A DNA stretch of 64,000 bases from Fistulifera solaris (Eukaryota), in NCBI GenBank assembly GCA_030295235.1, contig AP026137.1:124001-188000 (forward strand), given 5' to 3'. Of this stretch, positions 46,470-58,970 are shown piece by piece; the stretch's first letter is position 1; the number at the start of each line of letters is the position of its first letter. The notes beneath the pieces were generated by a model that saw nothing but the letters and a program-made list of their open reading frames with translations, had not been told where the DNA came from and ran no database searches. Made by a program: the position numbers and the translations under genes.

Positions 46470-47014
46470 TTGAATTCCTCGATGGCAACGGCAAGTAGCT
46501 CGTGGCTGAGTCTAAAGTCTAAAGGATAGAAGCTAATCCTTGGCTTAATGACACAAGTCACAATTACAGATGACATGAGACACATTACTGAGGCGACCGA
46601 TGACCGCAAACGAAAGAATTCTTCGAGGGACTTGTAATAAGTCTTTGTGTAGCTAAATTCTAAATTGTAATTGTAAAGAAGTCCTGGCTTTTATGTAAAT
46701 GACCCTACTTCCTACTTACTCTATAAAGAATATAAAATACAAATCCCCTTCGTACCCGAGCTAAAGGTAAAAAAGCCAAAAGCATACTACTTTTGAGTTG
46801 TGAGTTGTGAGTCTCTATGTCTCTAGCCTCTAGCTGCTGCCTTCTTTTTATTACAATAAAAAAATGAAAAACATCATCCAGTACGACGTACCCCAAAGCA
46901 GAAACTTGGGAGCTACCCTCTTTATGTCGATTGTGGGACAATCATTTCTTCGCCTCATAAATTTGAAATTCCTTCAAACGAAAAGCTGTTCAAAAGCATC
47001 ACAACACTCTCAAG

Positions 47015-48229
47015 ATGAAATTTCTTCTCTCCGCTCTGGCCCTTCTCGGTTTCACCAACCAGGCCTATGCACAACTTCCTCCCACCCTCACGGTATGTTT
47101 TACAAACAAAACTGTTCTTTTTTTGTTTGCGATTCGATTCACTACATCCGGTCGACCAAATTTTTGTCGCTCGTTAAGTCCGTTCACCGAACCCAACCCA
47201 CACTAACCCAATCGATCGTTCTCCTTGCTTGCTTTGTAGATCGGAAATGTCAATGATGTACTCACCGAGTTCAACATCGGTGAGGGCAACACCGATGAAA
47301 CCACCAGTTTGAATCATATCCAGATCGCCAACACTGCCGGTACCGACGTTGACATTTCGAATAACCCGGGACCCGACCCGGCAGCCGGTACGAAGTACTA
47401 CGAGTTCACCATCCTCGCCCCCGGTTGTCTTGCCGCCGGAGACGGAGTCGTGACGGTGAAGACATCCTACGACCAAGACGGTCATTTGACGGCTCTTAAT
47501 ACCGTCGACATGGAAATCGCTGTTGCTCCGTGGGGTACATCGGTTCACGCCGTGGAGGGCAAGTTCGGCGTGTGCATTCAAGCCGACATTATGATGATCA
47601 ACGCGGCCGAAGAGGCCGTCGTGTTGGAACGCAAGCACTTTGATTTCCGCGTGACACCCATCCTTTCGACCTTCACCGTCAGTTCGGATATCGAGAATAA
47701 CGCAGTCGATGTTGGCGGCTCAACGACCGAGCTCTCCGGTACAACGGTCACGGGAACATGGGAAGGCACCAACCCTCTACCACCCGGTGAGCCCATCTGG
47801 TTCAGTCTCGCCGTCGATGATCAGGATTACAACTTTGTCGAATTCGAAACCGTCACCATGAAGATCGGCGCGGGAGCGGCCACTAACCTCATCACCGCCA
47901 CCGTGCCAGTTGATTCGGCCTTGACCAGCTTTGAGTTGGGAGCTACTCCGAAAACCATCAATTTCTACCACATTCTTCCGCGATCCGCCTTTGGAGCCAC
48001 ATCGCAAACTCTCACCATGACGGGTAAGGCCCTTGTTGACTACGTCGGAGCCGTTCGTCGTTTGCGCGGTGCTGAAGACCGCGAGCTTGCCACGGAGCCT
48101 GTGACGACCGACTTTTCGATGGAAGCCATGATGTTGGCCGATGAAGGCGGTGATAGTGGCAGTTTCAAGGTTGAGATTTTATCGCTGGTGGTTGGTGGAG
48201 TCAGTGTCATTGGTGCCGCGGTGCTTTAA
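47015..48229 (+). CDS. Secreted/surface-anchored protein, copy B; exons 47015-47092 and 47240-48229
   Basis: Exon 1 MKFLLSALALLG.., a 147-nt GTATGT..TAG intron, and an exon 2 that translates identically to copy A. Confidence 0.85.
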
Positions 48230-48259
48230 AGAAGCGACAGTTGAGTTGCCTGTTTTGAG
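47161..48259. repeat. Right arm of the 1099-bp inverted repeat
   Basis: Reverse complement of 44762-45860. Confidence 0.95.
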
Positions 48260-48908
48260 AATTTAGAAATGATTCGAGAAGCCTTTACAAAGAAAAAAAA
48301 AAGAACATACCAGGGTAGTGTCATTTTTGAAAGCAACAAAAATAAACCCATTTGATCTCTTTCAAACAATGTATATGATGTTTCTCTATTCCTTATCAAA
48401 AATTTTGACCCACAATAGACCCATGAACACAAGAAAGCCACCCGTGAAGAAAAACAGCCAAGATCGACACTGAGCGGGGAAGTCGATGGACTCGTGGTTT
48501 CGGCATCATTTCGTAGAATATTTGTCGCTTACTTATAACAGTACCAGGTAAGGCCAGTTTAACAGGCCCTGATGATCATTTCGTGTTTTCCGGCTCTATG
48601 TCTAATGTATGAATCATCGAAATGTTTTTTAAAGAACTAATGATCCTGTTGCGTTGATAACGACAAGCCATTCCTTTTGTTTTTGTTATTTCGAACACAC
48701 TGCTGGGCTGTTTTTCCGCGCAAGCTATACAAAATATCACCTTCAATCGTAACGGTACTGAAACACGACATACGATCGCCGATTTTTTTTTCGCTCATTC
48801 ATTTCATTACTACGTATAAAACGCACGGCAGCGTGATAATCTCTCAAACGATCGAACGAAACCAATCATCAGCCATCATTTTCTTTGCCATATATAATCA
48901 GTAAGAAG

Positions 48909-51900
48909 ATGGGACGACACAAATGGGTTCCTCAAAGGAAGAAAGAAGTAACAGACGAATGGAGCGGTCGCAGGCCTTGCCCCAACATTCGTTGGAGTGG
49001 ATTTTGGCGGAAGAGGTGCTCTTACCCGATCGTGCCGAAATTGTCGAAGAACTCGCCCAACTCGTCGATACGGACGAGGAAATGGAGCCAACACCACGAA
49101 AACGTTTACCAAACAAGAAGAAAAAGAGGACATTGAGTCGGAATACGAAAAGTGTGCATTTTGCATCACCCTTATCGGTGTTCATTCCACACGATGAATT
49201 GGAAATTGTATCGACAGATAGCCACAACGATGAGCCTCTGTTGCTTCAGTACAATGTGTTAGTACCTACGGAGATGACGGAACATGAGCAGTACGCTTAC
49301 TTAACAGAATCGACGCGAGACATTGGCGTGATCTTTCCTTACGACTCCAAGAGCCGTAGAGTATCCGTCACCACTCCTCAAGGAGTCCGAGTGGCTCTTT
49401 CTCTTTTAGACCTCGAGTCCACAAAGACCTTACAAGAAGCGTTCCTGCGAGCTGTTTCACAGGATCGTACCTTGCAAATCCATTTGGTGCAACGAGTGGA
49501 TCAGTCGTGGCGTATGCAATTGTACTTGACGGAAGCGGCCTTTTGTTTGTGTCATCCGTCGTCGGTACCCGTTTTTACCAATGCTACGGCTTGGCGCTCG
49601 AAAAAGTTACAGCCGGCTATGGATTTGGGATTCATTCTCGAGACATTGTTTGCGATTCATCCCGTTTCCGAAAACCGGTTGCTGCCTTCGGCGAAGCAAG
49701 TTTATTCCGTCACGGACAATGTTCAACTGATGGCCGCCATGCAACAACAAGCTCAACCGCCGTCGTTGTCTATTCCGGGTTTAGTGCCTACGTTACGGCC
49801 GTATCAGGAACACGCCGTACGTTGGATGTTACAACGAGAAAGCGGTATGGGAGTAGCCAAAGACGAATGGAAATTGGCGTGGCACGTCTTGCATGCCGCC
49901 AATACTATAGCGCTGACCGACTGGGAAGGAGCGAACGATGTGTTACTGTACAATCCTTTTCTGGGTTGGTTGGCCAAGTCTGTAAACGAAGCACGCAGCA
50001 TGTGCGTGTCACCGTTCTCCGATACGCGTGGTGGAATATTGGCGGAGAGCATGGGGCTGGGGAAGACAGTGGAGGTACTGGCGTGCATTTTAGCGAATCC
50101 ACGTCCCGTGGAAGAATATTCGCGAACACTAAACCAGACGCCTTCGGCGAAACGGAAACTTTTATTTGATGACGATGCATCTGGAGAAGACGATCTATCG
50201 GTTATAAAAACAGAAACAGACGAAGCGAGCAATGTTTTTAGTGAATCGAATAAAAAACAAAAAGTTGGAGTTGTGAAAGATTTAGCAGATTTCGCGGAAG
50301 CGGAAGAGTCGGATGCGGAGTCAATGAACCACGAAGGGGATTTTGTCAGGAGTTCCGCACATAACGCTTCAGAAGAGCACATTGAAGAGGTTAAAGTGAA
50401 TTTTCAAGTCGTGACTCCAGATGTATCAAGAAAGCCTGTTACCACAGAAGAACGATGGCTGGACGATGACACTGTTGGTTCTTGCATATGTTCCAATTTG
50501 ATTTGTTTTTCGACTGCTCACAATGGTCTTTCAAAGTCGGAACCAATTGTCATTTGTGGATCGTGTGAAGAGCCAATGCATTGGCTTTGTGCCTCTTTTG
50601 GCACTGTTCACGAGATGAAATCGCAAACAAAGGCAGTTTATCTTCGACAACGATACACAAACCTGACGATTGAGTGCGGTTTGTGTGAAGATCAACTGTG
50701 CCCATGCTGTGTATTTTCAAAGAAAAGAACATTAAAGAGTGCGGCGACATTAATCGTAACCCCAGCAGCAATTTTGAATCAGTGGACACGTGAGATCAAA
50801 AGGCACGCTGTAAGAGCGGATGCAACGAATATGAATGTTCTCATTTACGAAGGGATCAATAGAATAACGAAGATGCAGGGTACAAGAAAGTCAGATGAAT
50901 GTATTAAACTTCTTCATCCGAAAGTGCTCGCGGCAGCAGATGTTGTGCTCATGACTTTCGATGCGTTGATGGGCGATTTGGGTCACTCTGACGACAATAA
51001 GTTCATAGCCTCTGGTAAAGAGGAGTCTTTGTTTTCGAGCCAGTGTAATTTACGGCGAAGGAAACGTTACCGTGTAGTTCCGTCACCTTTGCAGTCGATC
51101 GAGTGGTGGAGGGTTTGTCTAGACGAAGCGCAAAGAGTTGAGACTCCTACAGCAGCATCCGCGCGAATGGCTTTGAAGCTAGATGCTGTGCATAGATGGT
51201 GTGTTTCTGGTACCCCAATCGGGCGCGGGAAGCTTGAAGATCTTTTCGGTTTGCTGTTGTTTTTGAGGGTTGAACCATTTTGTCATTCAGCGTGGTTCAA
51301 AAAGTGTTTTGGTCCCTCATCGCCGCAATCGAACATAGGTTGCAGAATTGCAACTCTACTGCGCCATGTGTTTTGGCGTTCCACAAAAGCCTTGGAATGT
51401 GTTCGAGAACAGATGGGTGTTCCCGAACAAGTTGAAACGAAAACAACTTTGAACTTCTCGTCGATAGAGAAACACTTTTACGACCGCCAACTCGAAGAAA
51501 CTTTAGCGACGGTGGAAGATGTTACTGAACGAACAAAGGCTGGCAAAAGAGAAAGGCGGTCCAAATTCAGCTATTAGCTGAGCGTCTTCACAAACTACGT
51601 GCAGCATGTTGTCATCCTCAGGTTGGTTCGAGTGGACTTGCCCACGGTACAAAACTTAGGTGGGCTACCTCGTCACATCAAGAGAGTGAGAAAGGCCTTG
51701 CATCACGCGTTATGACGATGAGTCAGATCTTACATCGCTTTATCGATGACGCCAGACAAAAATGTGAAGAATCACAACGACTTGTCATTCTCCATACAAA
51801 CGGTATGGGTGCAATAGCAAGACTGAAAGTTGAGGCCAAAGACCGAGGGATCGAAGTAAAGAGAGTGACGCCGAACTCCTTCGTGATAGCTGCAGGCTTT

Positions 51901-54469
51901 ATCAGGAGTCCCTTGACTTGGGAGAAGCTAATGCGGTTCCTACTTTAACAACAGGGGAGGCTCTACTATCTGGTTCGATTGGTTTTCGCGAACCACAGCG
52001 TGTAGTAAAAAGTGGTAGCTTCGTTGCTGATTGGGAATGCAGTAGCCATCCCGGTGAAGTTTGGACGAGAATTGATTTCGAAGGTGCCCGGAAGATGATC
52101 GAAATGAAGGCTCGCGCCATAGTCTGCGTTCCGCAAGCAGTAAGCAATGAGAGAAATCAGCATTTTACTTTTAGGTGTTTGCATGTTCGAGAGATTATGT
52201 TGCAGGTGTCGAGTGCAGCGGTCGGTGGTGAGTTTGTCGACGTTGCATCAACTATATTACCGTTCTCCGAGGCACCAGCGACAACGCACTGGCAAGCTAT
52301 CGGTGGTTTTCGTACAAACAAGTCGAAAAGTTGGAGAGTGGCAGTCAAAAGCTTTTACAACGATGATTTTGAATCTTTCACTCCAGTTGATAGTAACACG
52401 TTTGGAATTTATGTTGGTCTTGAAATTCAGCTTTATGAAGCAGATATCGCCAACGACCCTCTACAACGACTCCATTGTTTGCACAATGCCTCGCTCTCTC
52501 TTCAGTTGCTTCTGGATGCCAACGACGATCAAGATTCGGTCGACGCAATTAAAGAGAAGATAAAGGAAATGAAAGTACAGGAGGAAAAAATTGAGTCGCT
52601 GTATTTAGACGTGCTCAGATCAATTCACACGGAATGCCATCGCAAGCTCAGGGAAGAAAACAAGGAAAGAGAAAAGCTGGAAATTGAACTCCGCATGATG
52701 CACAGTTCGTCACGGAACAAGTCTATCAATGATTGCTGGGATGACAATTGGTGGGATGATTTCTTGGTTTTGCTACGTCTACATGGTAGTGAAAATGAAC
52801 AGAAAGCTTTTTGCGAAAGAATCGTCCAGAATATGGATGGATATCTTCGAAACACAGTGGATACCACAAATAGTGACGGAATCATAGCATTTCCTGAGTT
52901 TAGCGATGTCAATGGCCTTCGGGTTGCGTTAAATAGTCGCATTGAGCGGATCCGAGATGGCATTGGAGGCAAAAACAATCGAACCAGTCGAAGAGCCCAA
53001 GAGGCGTTGCTGGAAGACAGCTCGCAAAATGTTTTGACCAACAAAGTGCTGCGGTTTCGATACCCTGCGGGAGGACACAATCAATGCATGCAGTCGATTC
53101 TCAACTTGACGGCTTCTCCCGATGAGGAGGAACGTTTCGAGAATAGTCACTGCCGCGTTTGTAAGGCGGATTGGTTGCAAACGGGCCCCAAGTGTCAACA
53201 CTGCAAGATTGGAGAGAACCTAGAAGAACTGGCCCCCGATCGAGTGACATTGTTATTAATGACATCGCTCCATGCAATGCTCAAGGGTCCGTTCGGAGTG
53301 TCCTTTCTCAAAAAAAGCCAACGTGGCGGATACGGGAATCAGTGAGCGCGCGCGCTTGTTTGGGGAAGTCGTGGAAGCCGAGCGACGGGAAAGAGCTGCC
53401 GCGTGGCGGATGTGGAGAACGCATTTGGATTTGTTGAACGATTTGGATGAATTGGGGCAATGCAAAAGCTCCATGCGGTTACTGTACGATGGCGAGGACG
53501 TGACGACATTGAGTGAGGAGCAGTGGAACGCCGTGGTGGTTCCGGTCGATGTCCACACGCGCTATCACGACCACGCCGCAAAAGCAGCCATGTTCATGGG
53601 CGATTTGCGGCGAGCCAAAGATACGTTGCGATTTTTGCAGAATCAAGCCGTCGAAGAAGCCACGCAACGCGACAATTCGAATGATGACGATGAGCAGAGT
53701 GATCGGTGTGTCTTGTGTCTTTCCGGCTTTGGCAGTGAACGCGCCGTACTCCGCTGCGGACACTCGTATCATTTATCCCCCCTGTCTCGAGGATTTAAAG
53801 GCCCGTTCTCGACTCATTGCGTGTCCCATGCGGTGCCGCATTCGTACCGATCCCAGTGAAGTCATGATTGCCACCTCGAAACGCACCGATGACGGCAGTC
53901 GTTGCCGCAGGGCCGTGAAAGGGAGCTGGGGTACCAAAGTGACGCAATTGGTGGCGGATGTTTTGGACATTCGCGACAAGGGCGAGAAAGGTGTCATATT
54001 CAGTCAATGGGAAGACATGTTGGATATTGTCCAAGAAGCATTGTCGGACAATGGAGTGTTGTTGGCCCGAGCCACCAGCCTGCGACACATTGGCTCACGT
54101 TCCGAACTGTTCTTGCGCGATCGTGCTTGTACCGTCTTGTTATTGAATGTCAAAAATGGTGCCGAAGGATTGACCCTGTTAGAGGCAACTCACGTGTTCA
54201 TGGTGGAGCCCTTGTTGAATTGCGGTTTGGACAGTCAAGCCATCAATCGTGTCCACCGGATCGGACAACACAAAAAGACGTATGTGCATCGCTATTTGAT
54301 GGCCGATACGATTGAAATGAAAATTGATCAATTGCGCGTCGAACATTTGGACGAAGAAGAACAATTGGAAGATTCGATTCATGAAAGCAAGGCAACAATG
54401 ATTCGTGCGGGGGGTATTGATGGAGGGTTCCGGTCCGAACAGGAGTTGCTCAGTGTCCTGCAGCCCTAA
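48909..54469 (+). CDS. SHPRH: SHPRH-like SNF2 ATPase / RING E3 ligase with a PHD-like finger; several frameshifts that are probably sequence errors
   Basis: LRPYQ, GGILAESMGLGKT, TLIVTP, WWRVCLDEAQ, RWCVSGTPI, LRAACCHPQ (~51595, outside the listed ORFs), RING CVLC..CGH..C..CPMRC, IFSQW and VEPLLN..QAINRVHRIGQ. The start may be 48909 (MGRHKWVPQR) or 48923. Confidence 0.88.
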
Positions 54470-54650
54470 ATAATAGAGTAAATTACACAACCACATAGTC
54501 GAGGATATTTAACTCTGTAATAAGACGTTAGCGTAGAGTACATTCTATGGAAATGGGGAGCGGCTCGCTTTTTGTTGTTGAGGAAGTGCGTACCAGGTAC
54601 GAAATGGAATTAGCTTGTTCGTTTGTGTCACTTCCGCTACTGCGCTCATT

Positions 54651-55502
54651 TTAGGGCTTGTTTTCCTTCTGGTTGGGCAACAGGTCGGTGAGAGTCTCCA
54701 AGGACCAATCACTAGGAAAGAATTTGCCCGGCACCAGTTTTTGATACGCCTTATAAGCAGGAAACGCTTGTTGCAACTGTTCTTCTTCGTAGTTGGATTT
54801 TTCCTCCAAGACTTTCCATAAAGCGACTGTGAGGAGAAGACGCCACGCGGATCCCGTCATGAGACTGTATCCCGCGCATGCGGCGAGGACGCCCGCGTAC
54901 ATGGGATGACGGACTTGACCATAAATCCCGTCCGTTTTGAGTTCCGCATTGTCACTGGGGACGGGCCACGGCGATAAGGCACCTCCAATGTCTTGAACGG
55001 CCAAGACCATGACCGCCAGGCCCGTCAACAACAATCCCGGTCCCAAGACAATGGACAAAAGATCGCCCAAGAAAGGGACCGTTCCGACGACAATAAACGC
55101 CATGAGACTGAATTGGGCAACAACATAACCTTCTCCGCGAGTTCCAAATTCACCGCTCATTAAATTCTCCTTGAGAGCATTGGAACTTTCCATGATCTTG
55201 TTGGTATCGAACGACGGCAAGTTGTTTCGCAACTCTGCCAACTTGTCGCGCATTTGAGTGACCGTGGGATTGTCTTCGAAGGAAGTCTTTTCTGAAAAGA
55301 CACTGGCAGCTTGCAAATCTTCACGAGCTTGTTCGGCGTCATTGAAGAATTTACCGACATCGAAGGATTTGGGCAATTCCAAGCCTTTCTTCTTGTTTTC
55401 CTTGGAAGAGTAACAGACGACGGCAGGAATCTTCGACGAGGAGTGCAGCGGTTGAAACGCCGCAGCGACGGGAATGAGGAGAGCCAGAATTGTTACTTTC
55501 AT
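54651..55502 (-). CDS. ICMT/PEMT-family integral-membrane methyltransferase, probably plastid-targeted
   Basis: LKTDGIYGQVRHPMYAG and EEEQL...FPAY..Y motifs, TM helices, and a signal peptide ending AAA-F. Confidence 0.88.
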   Translation of the reverse strand: MKVTILALLIPVAAAFQPLHSSSKIPAVVCYSSKENKKKGLELPKSFDVGKFFNDAEQAREDLQAASVFSEKTSFEDNPTVTQMRDKLAELRNNLPSFDTNKIMESSNALKENLMSGEFGTRGEGYVVAQFSLMAFIVVGTVPFLGDLLSIVLGPGLLLTGLAVMVLAVQDIGGALSPWPVPSDNAELKTDGIYGQVRHPMYAGVLAACAGYSLMTGSAWRLLLTVALWKVLEEKSNYEEEQLQQAFPAYKAYQKLVPGKFFPSDWSLETLTDLLPNQKENKP

Positions 55503-56223
55503 GTTGTTTGAGTAAGTTGCTTTCGAACAAAAGACGAAGAGTAACTTTGAAGAATGCTTGCTTTAGGCAATCGAAGAGAAGGAAGAGAATGAACACAAAG
55601 AAGAGAGATCCAAAACAAATGCTGCAACCATAGATCGCGTTGGGTGTCAAAGTCTACTCTTTTCTGGATGCTGTTTGAAACAGAACAACGGTCGGAAAGA
55701 TACCCGCCAGCCGCCAGTGTTGGATACCACGTGAACAAGTGTTGTATTTAATGACTAAATAAATAATGATGTCGTACTGACTCATATTTGTCTAAGTACT
55801 GTTTTGAACGGAAAACAATGCCAGCGTACGTGATGTTGCACGAACGACTGCGCGGAGTCACCAAGTAACCCGGAGGTCTATTAGTGACTGAAACTTAGTT
55901 CGTGCGAATACGTTGGAACGATTGGCTTGCTCTGTTGTGGGCGGAACAGTAGTTAGTGAGAACTGGAAACACGTTCTAGAGAGTACTATTAGTGCCTAAA
56001 GAGAGCCGCAACGACTCCGACCATTGGATCACGCGAGAAAAAACGGCTCCATCGATCGACACACTTTTTCCTTCCACATGCAACACACCATCATCCTTGT
56101 CGTTCCTTCCGATTCCTTCCTTCTTTGCTTCCTTTGTTTTATAATCATTTATTATTAAATAACGTACTCTTGTATCATTCCTCTAGCATCCTTATCGATC
56201 GTCGTCGAAGCACAATCTCAAAG

Positions 56224-58748
56224 ATGCCTTCCACGCCACTTAACAATCCGCAACAGAAACAACAAAAACGCAAGGGACGGATTCTCGCCCTGTTGCTCTT
56301 TTTGATGGTCGTTGGTTGTGCGATTGCCTTTCCCGTCCTCTTTGTTTTGAACAAGGAAGAAGAAAGCGTTGTGGCGGAAGAAGGCGTGGATGTCATTGTC
56401 ACGTTGGAACCTACCACTGCCGTCATGACCACCGCACAAACCCAATCGTATGAATCGGCCGTCTTGAAATTCTATGCCTTGAATCTTGCGGCCGTCCGAT
56501 TGAAGGATGTTTCCATGACTTCACAACTGTTGGTGGATGTAAGAAATGAGTCGGGACGACGACAATTACAACAACAACAGCAAGATCGGGCATTGCGCAC
56601 AACAGTACGGATCGTTCCCACACAAGCCAATGTCACGTCCCTGCAACTTGCGAATCTCATGGATACCAAAGGAGACGAATTGTTGTCGTTATTGCAAAAA
56701 GAAACTACCGACAATTATTTTGATGCTCTCACGGTGGTCTATGCGACGGCGGTGACGACCGCTTCCACTCCTACCACGGCACCCTTGTCACAAGACACAA
56801 CGTGCAATGGGTTGTCAAATTTGTGTGATATTTCCGTATCGGACATCTTGTTTGCGACGATGCACAATGCGCATGCGGATCGTTCCGTATCACCCTTATT
56901 TCCCAACCAGAATCAAAATTGGCAAGCCGGTTTGGAGGCGGGGATTCGCGGACTCAATATGGATTTGGGATTTTGTTCCACTCAGAATGGCACCGTCTTG
57001 GCGTTTATGCACACGACGTGTGTCATTGGATTTTCCGAAGCATACTCTTTGTTGAAAGAATTGCATCAATGGCTGACGGATCATCCCAATGAAGTGATTT
57101 TGATGCCCCTCCAAATCGAAAATTCCGGTGCACAACCCGTTCGAATCGTCGAAGATGTCGCGCCCTTGTTCGAACGTATTGTTGACACGAACGGCAAATC
57201 CATGGCGGAGCGGTTGTATGCCTATGAAGGAGAAACGTGGCCGACGTTGCGAGAAATGATTGATGTCGATCAACGGATTTTGTTGTTTTTTTACAATACG
57301 GATGAAACATGCGAGTCAATCCAATGTCCGCGAGGATTTCATGATTGGTTTGCGTATGCGGCCGAAACGGAATTTGTGTTTGATTCCGTCGATGCCATTC
57401 AACAAGATGCGGCTCGGGCGTGTGGAATTACACGAGGAGGAAGTGGGACCCGAGATTTTTATGGCGTCAATGTGTTTTTGGAAATTCCCAATCCCGACGC
57501 GTCGGCTATTTTGCATCAAGCCGATTTCTTGTCGTCTCATCTAGAAGAGTGTTCGCAACAAAGTGGTCTATCTCCCAATCTCGTCATTGTGGATTTCTGG
57601 GATGAAGGTGATTTGATGCAAGTGGTCAATGACCGGAATGCTCAATTACGACCATCGTCTGCCGCCGGAGTCAACTCGACGTCGAATGTGGATGCGAGTC
57701 CAGTGGCTGCTCCGAGCCTCTCACCATCCGTTTTGTTGTTGACGGATGCCCCTGTACCGCCGCCACGGGTCGAGTCGCTGTCACCGAGCATTGCCGTTCG
57801 CGACGAAGTGGCGGCACCGACACGGGTCCCCGTCGCGTCGCCGATCGCGGCGTCACCTCCGATCAACAATTCGACACGCACTTGCAATGGATTGTCGAAT
57901 TTGTGTGATATGTCCGTCAATGCAACCCTCTTTGCGACCATGCACAATGCTCACGCGGATCGTGAATCGAAATTCTTCATCCCAAATCATGATTTGAATT
58001 TATTGGCGGGTCTGCAAGCCGGTATCCGGGGCTTGTCGATTGATATCGGTTTGTGTCAAGTAGACGGTGTCTTGAAATTGTCTTTGGTGCACGGGGTATG
58101 CTTCGTTGGGACATCGGATCCGTTTGTGGTGTTTGCTGGCATCAATAACTTTTTGCAACAAAATCCCAATGAAGTCATTATCATTCCCACGCAGATTGCG
58201 GATGATTTGGGAGGCACGGTGCAATTGACGGAGATTTACTCGATTATGGAACAAGTCGTCAATGATGCGGGCATTTCCATGGCGGATCGACTGTATGCTC
58301 ATCCTGGGCCAACGACGCCGTGGCCAACTTTAGGTGAGCTGATCGACTTGGACAAACGAATCCTCTTCTTCATTTACAATGGACAACAAACGTGCGAGAG
58401 TGGTTGTCCTGTTGGCTTTCATGATTGGTTTGCTTATGCCATGGAGACGAGGTTCGAATTCGATGATGCGGCGGCTATTCTCAGTAATCCGGAGGATGCT
58501 TGTGTAGTAACACGTGGTGGAACCTCTAGCACGCGGAGCTTTTTTGGTGTCAATGTTTTTACGCGTGTCGCCAACAGTGAGGCGTCAACAGAGTTGAATG
58601 ATGCTGCCTTTCTCCGGCAGCATATTGAGAACATGTTCCACCGTGAACGGTGGGAAAGACCCAAATCTTCTACTAGTCGATTTTTTGGAATGTAGGCGGC
58701 GTCATCCAAGTTGCGCAAGAATACAACGCTCAACTTGGAGCTGCTTAA
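56224..58748 (+). CDS. Type II membrane protein with two tandem PI-PLC X-domain-like phosphodiesterase domains
   Basis: An N-terminal TM helix and two copies of TCNGLSNLCD..ATMHNAHA..GL.AGIRGL..D..H..C..PNEVI..WPTL.E.ID...PNL..VDFW. Two terminal frameshifts (~58630 and T6 at 58681-58686) move the true stop to TAA 58746-58748. Confidence 0.85.
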
Positions 58749-58970
58749 AGTGTAGAAACGGAGAGAGGACAGCGTTGGTAAACAACGTAGTCAATGTAGA
58801 AGAAATTCTTTTGCCAATAAAGCGACTCAATAGAGCTCAAATAGAATTTGCATATAAAGATACCATGTCTATAAAACGCGATGACGCTGTTACAATTCCA
58901 TATTTGTGTGACAGGGAATTTTTCCTGTAACAAAATAAAGACTCACTCTACAAGAACACCAAGGGAGCGC

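Noticed and set aside
44762..48259. DNA transposon with long terminal inverted repeats
   Set aside because: The arms are an intron-containing host gene. There is no transposase in the spacer and no target-site duplication was seen.
48909..54469. Programmed frameshifting or pseudogenisation of SHPRH
   Set aside because: Shifts fall at ordinary homopolymers throughout the window and all catalytic motifs are intact, so sequencing error is the simpler explanation.
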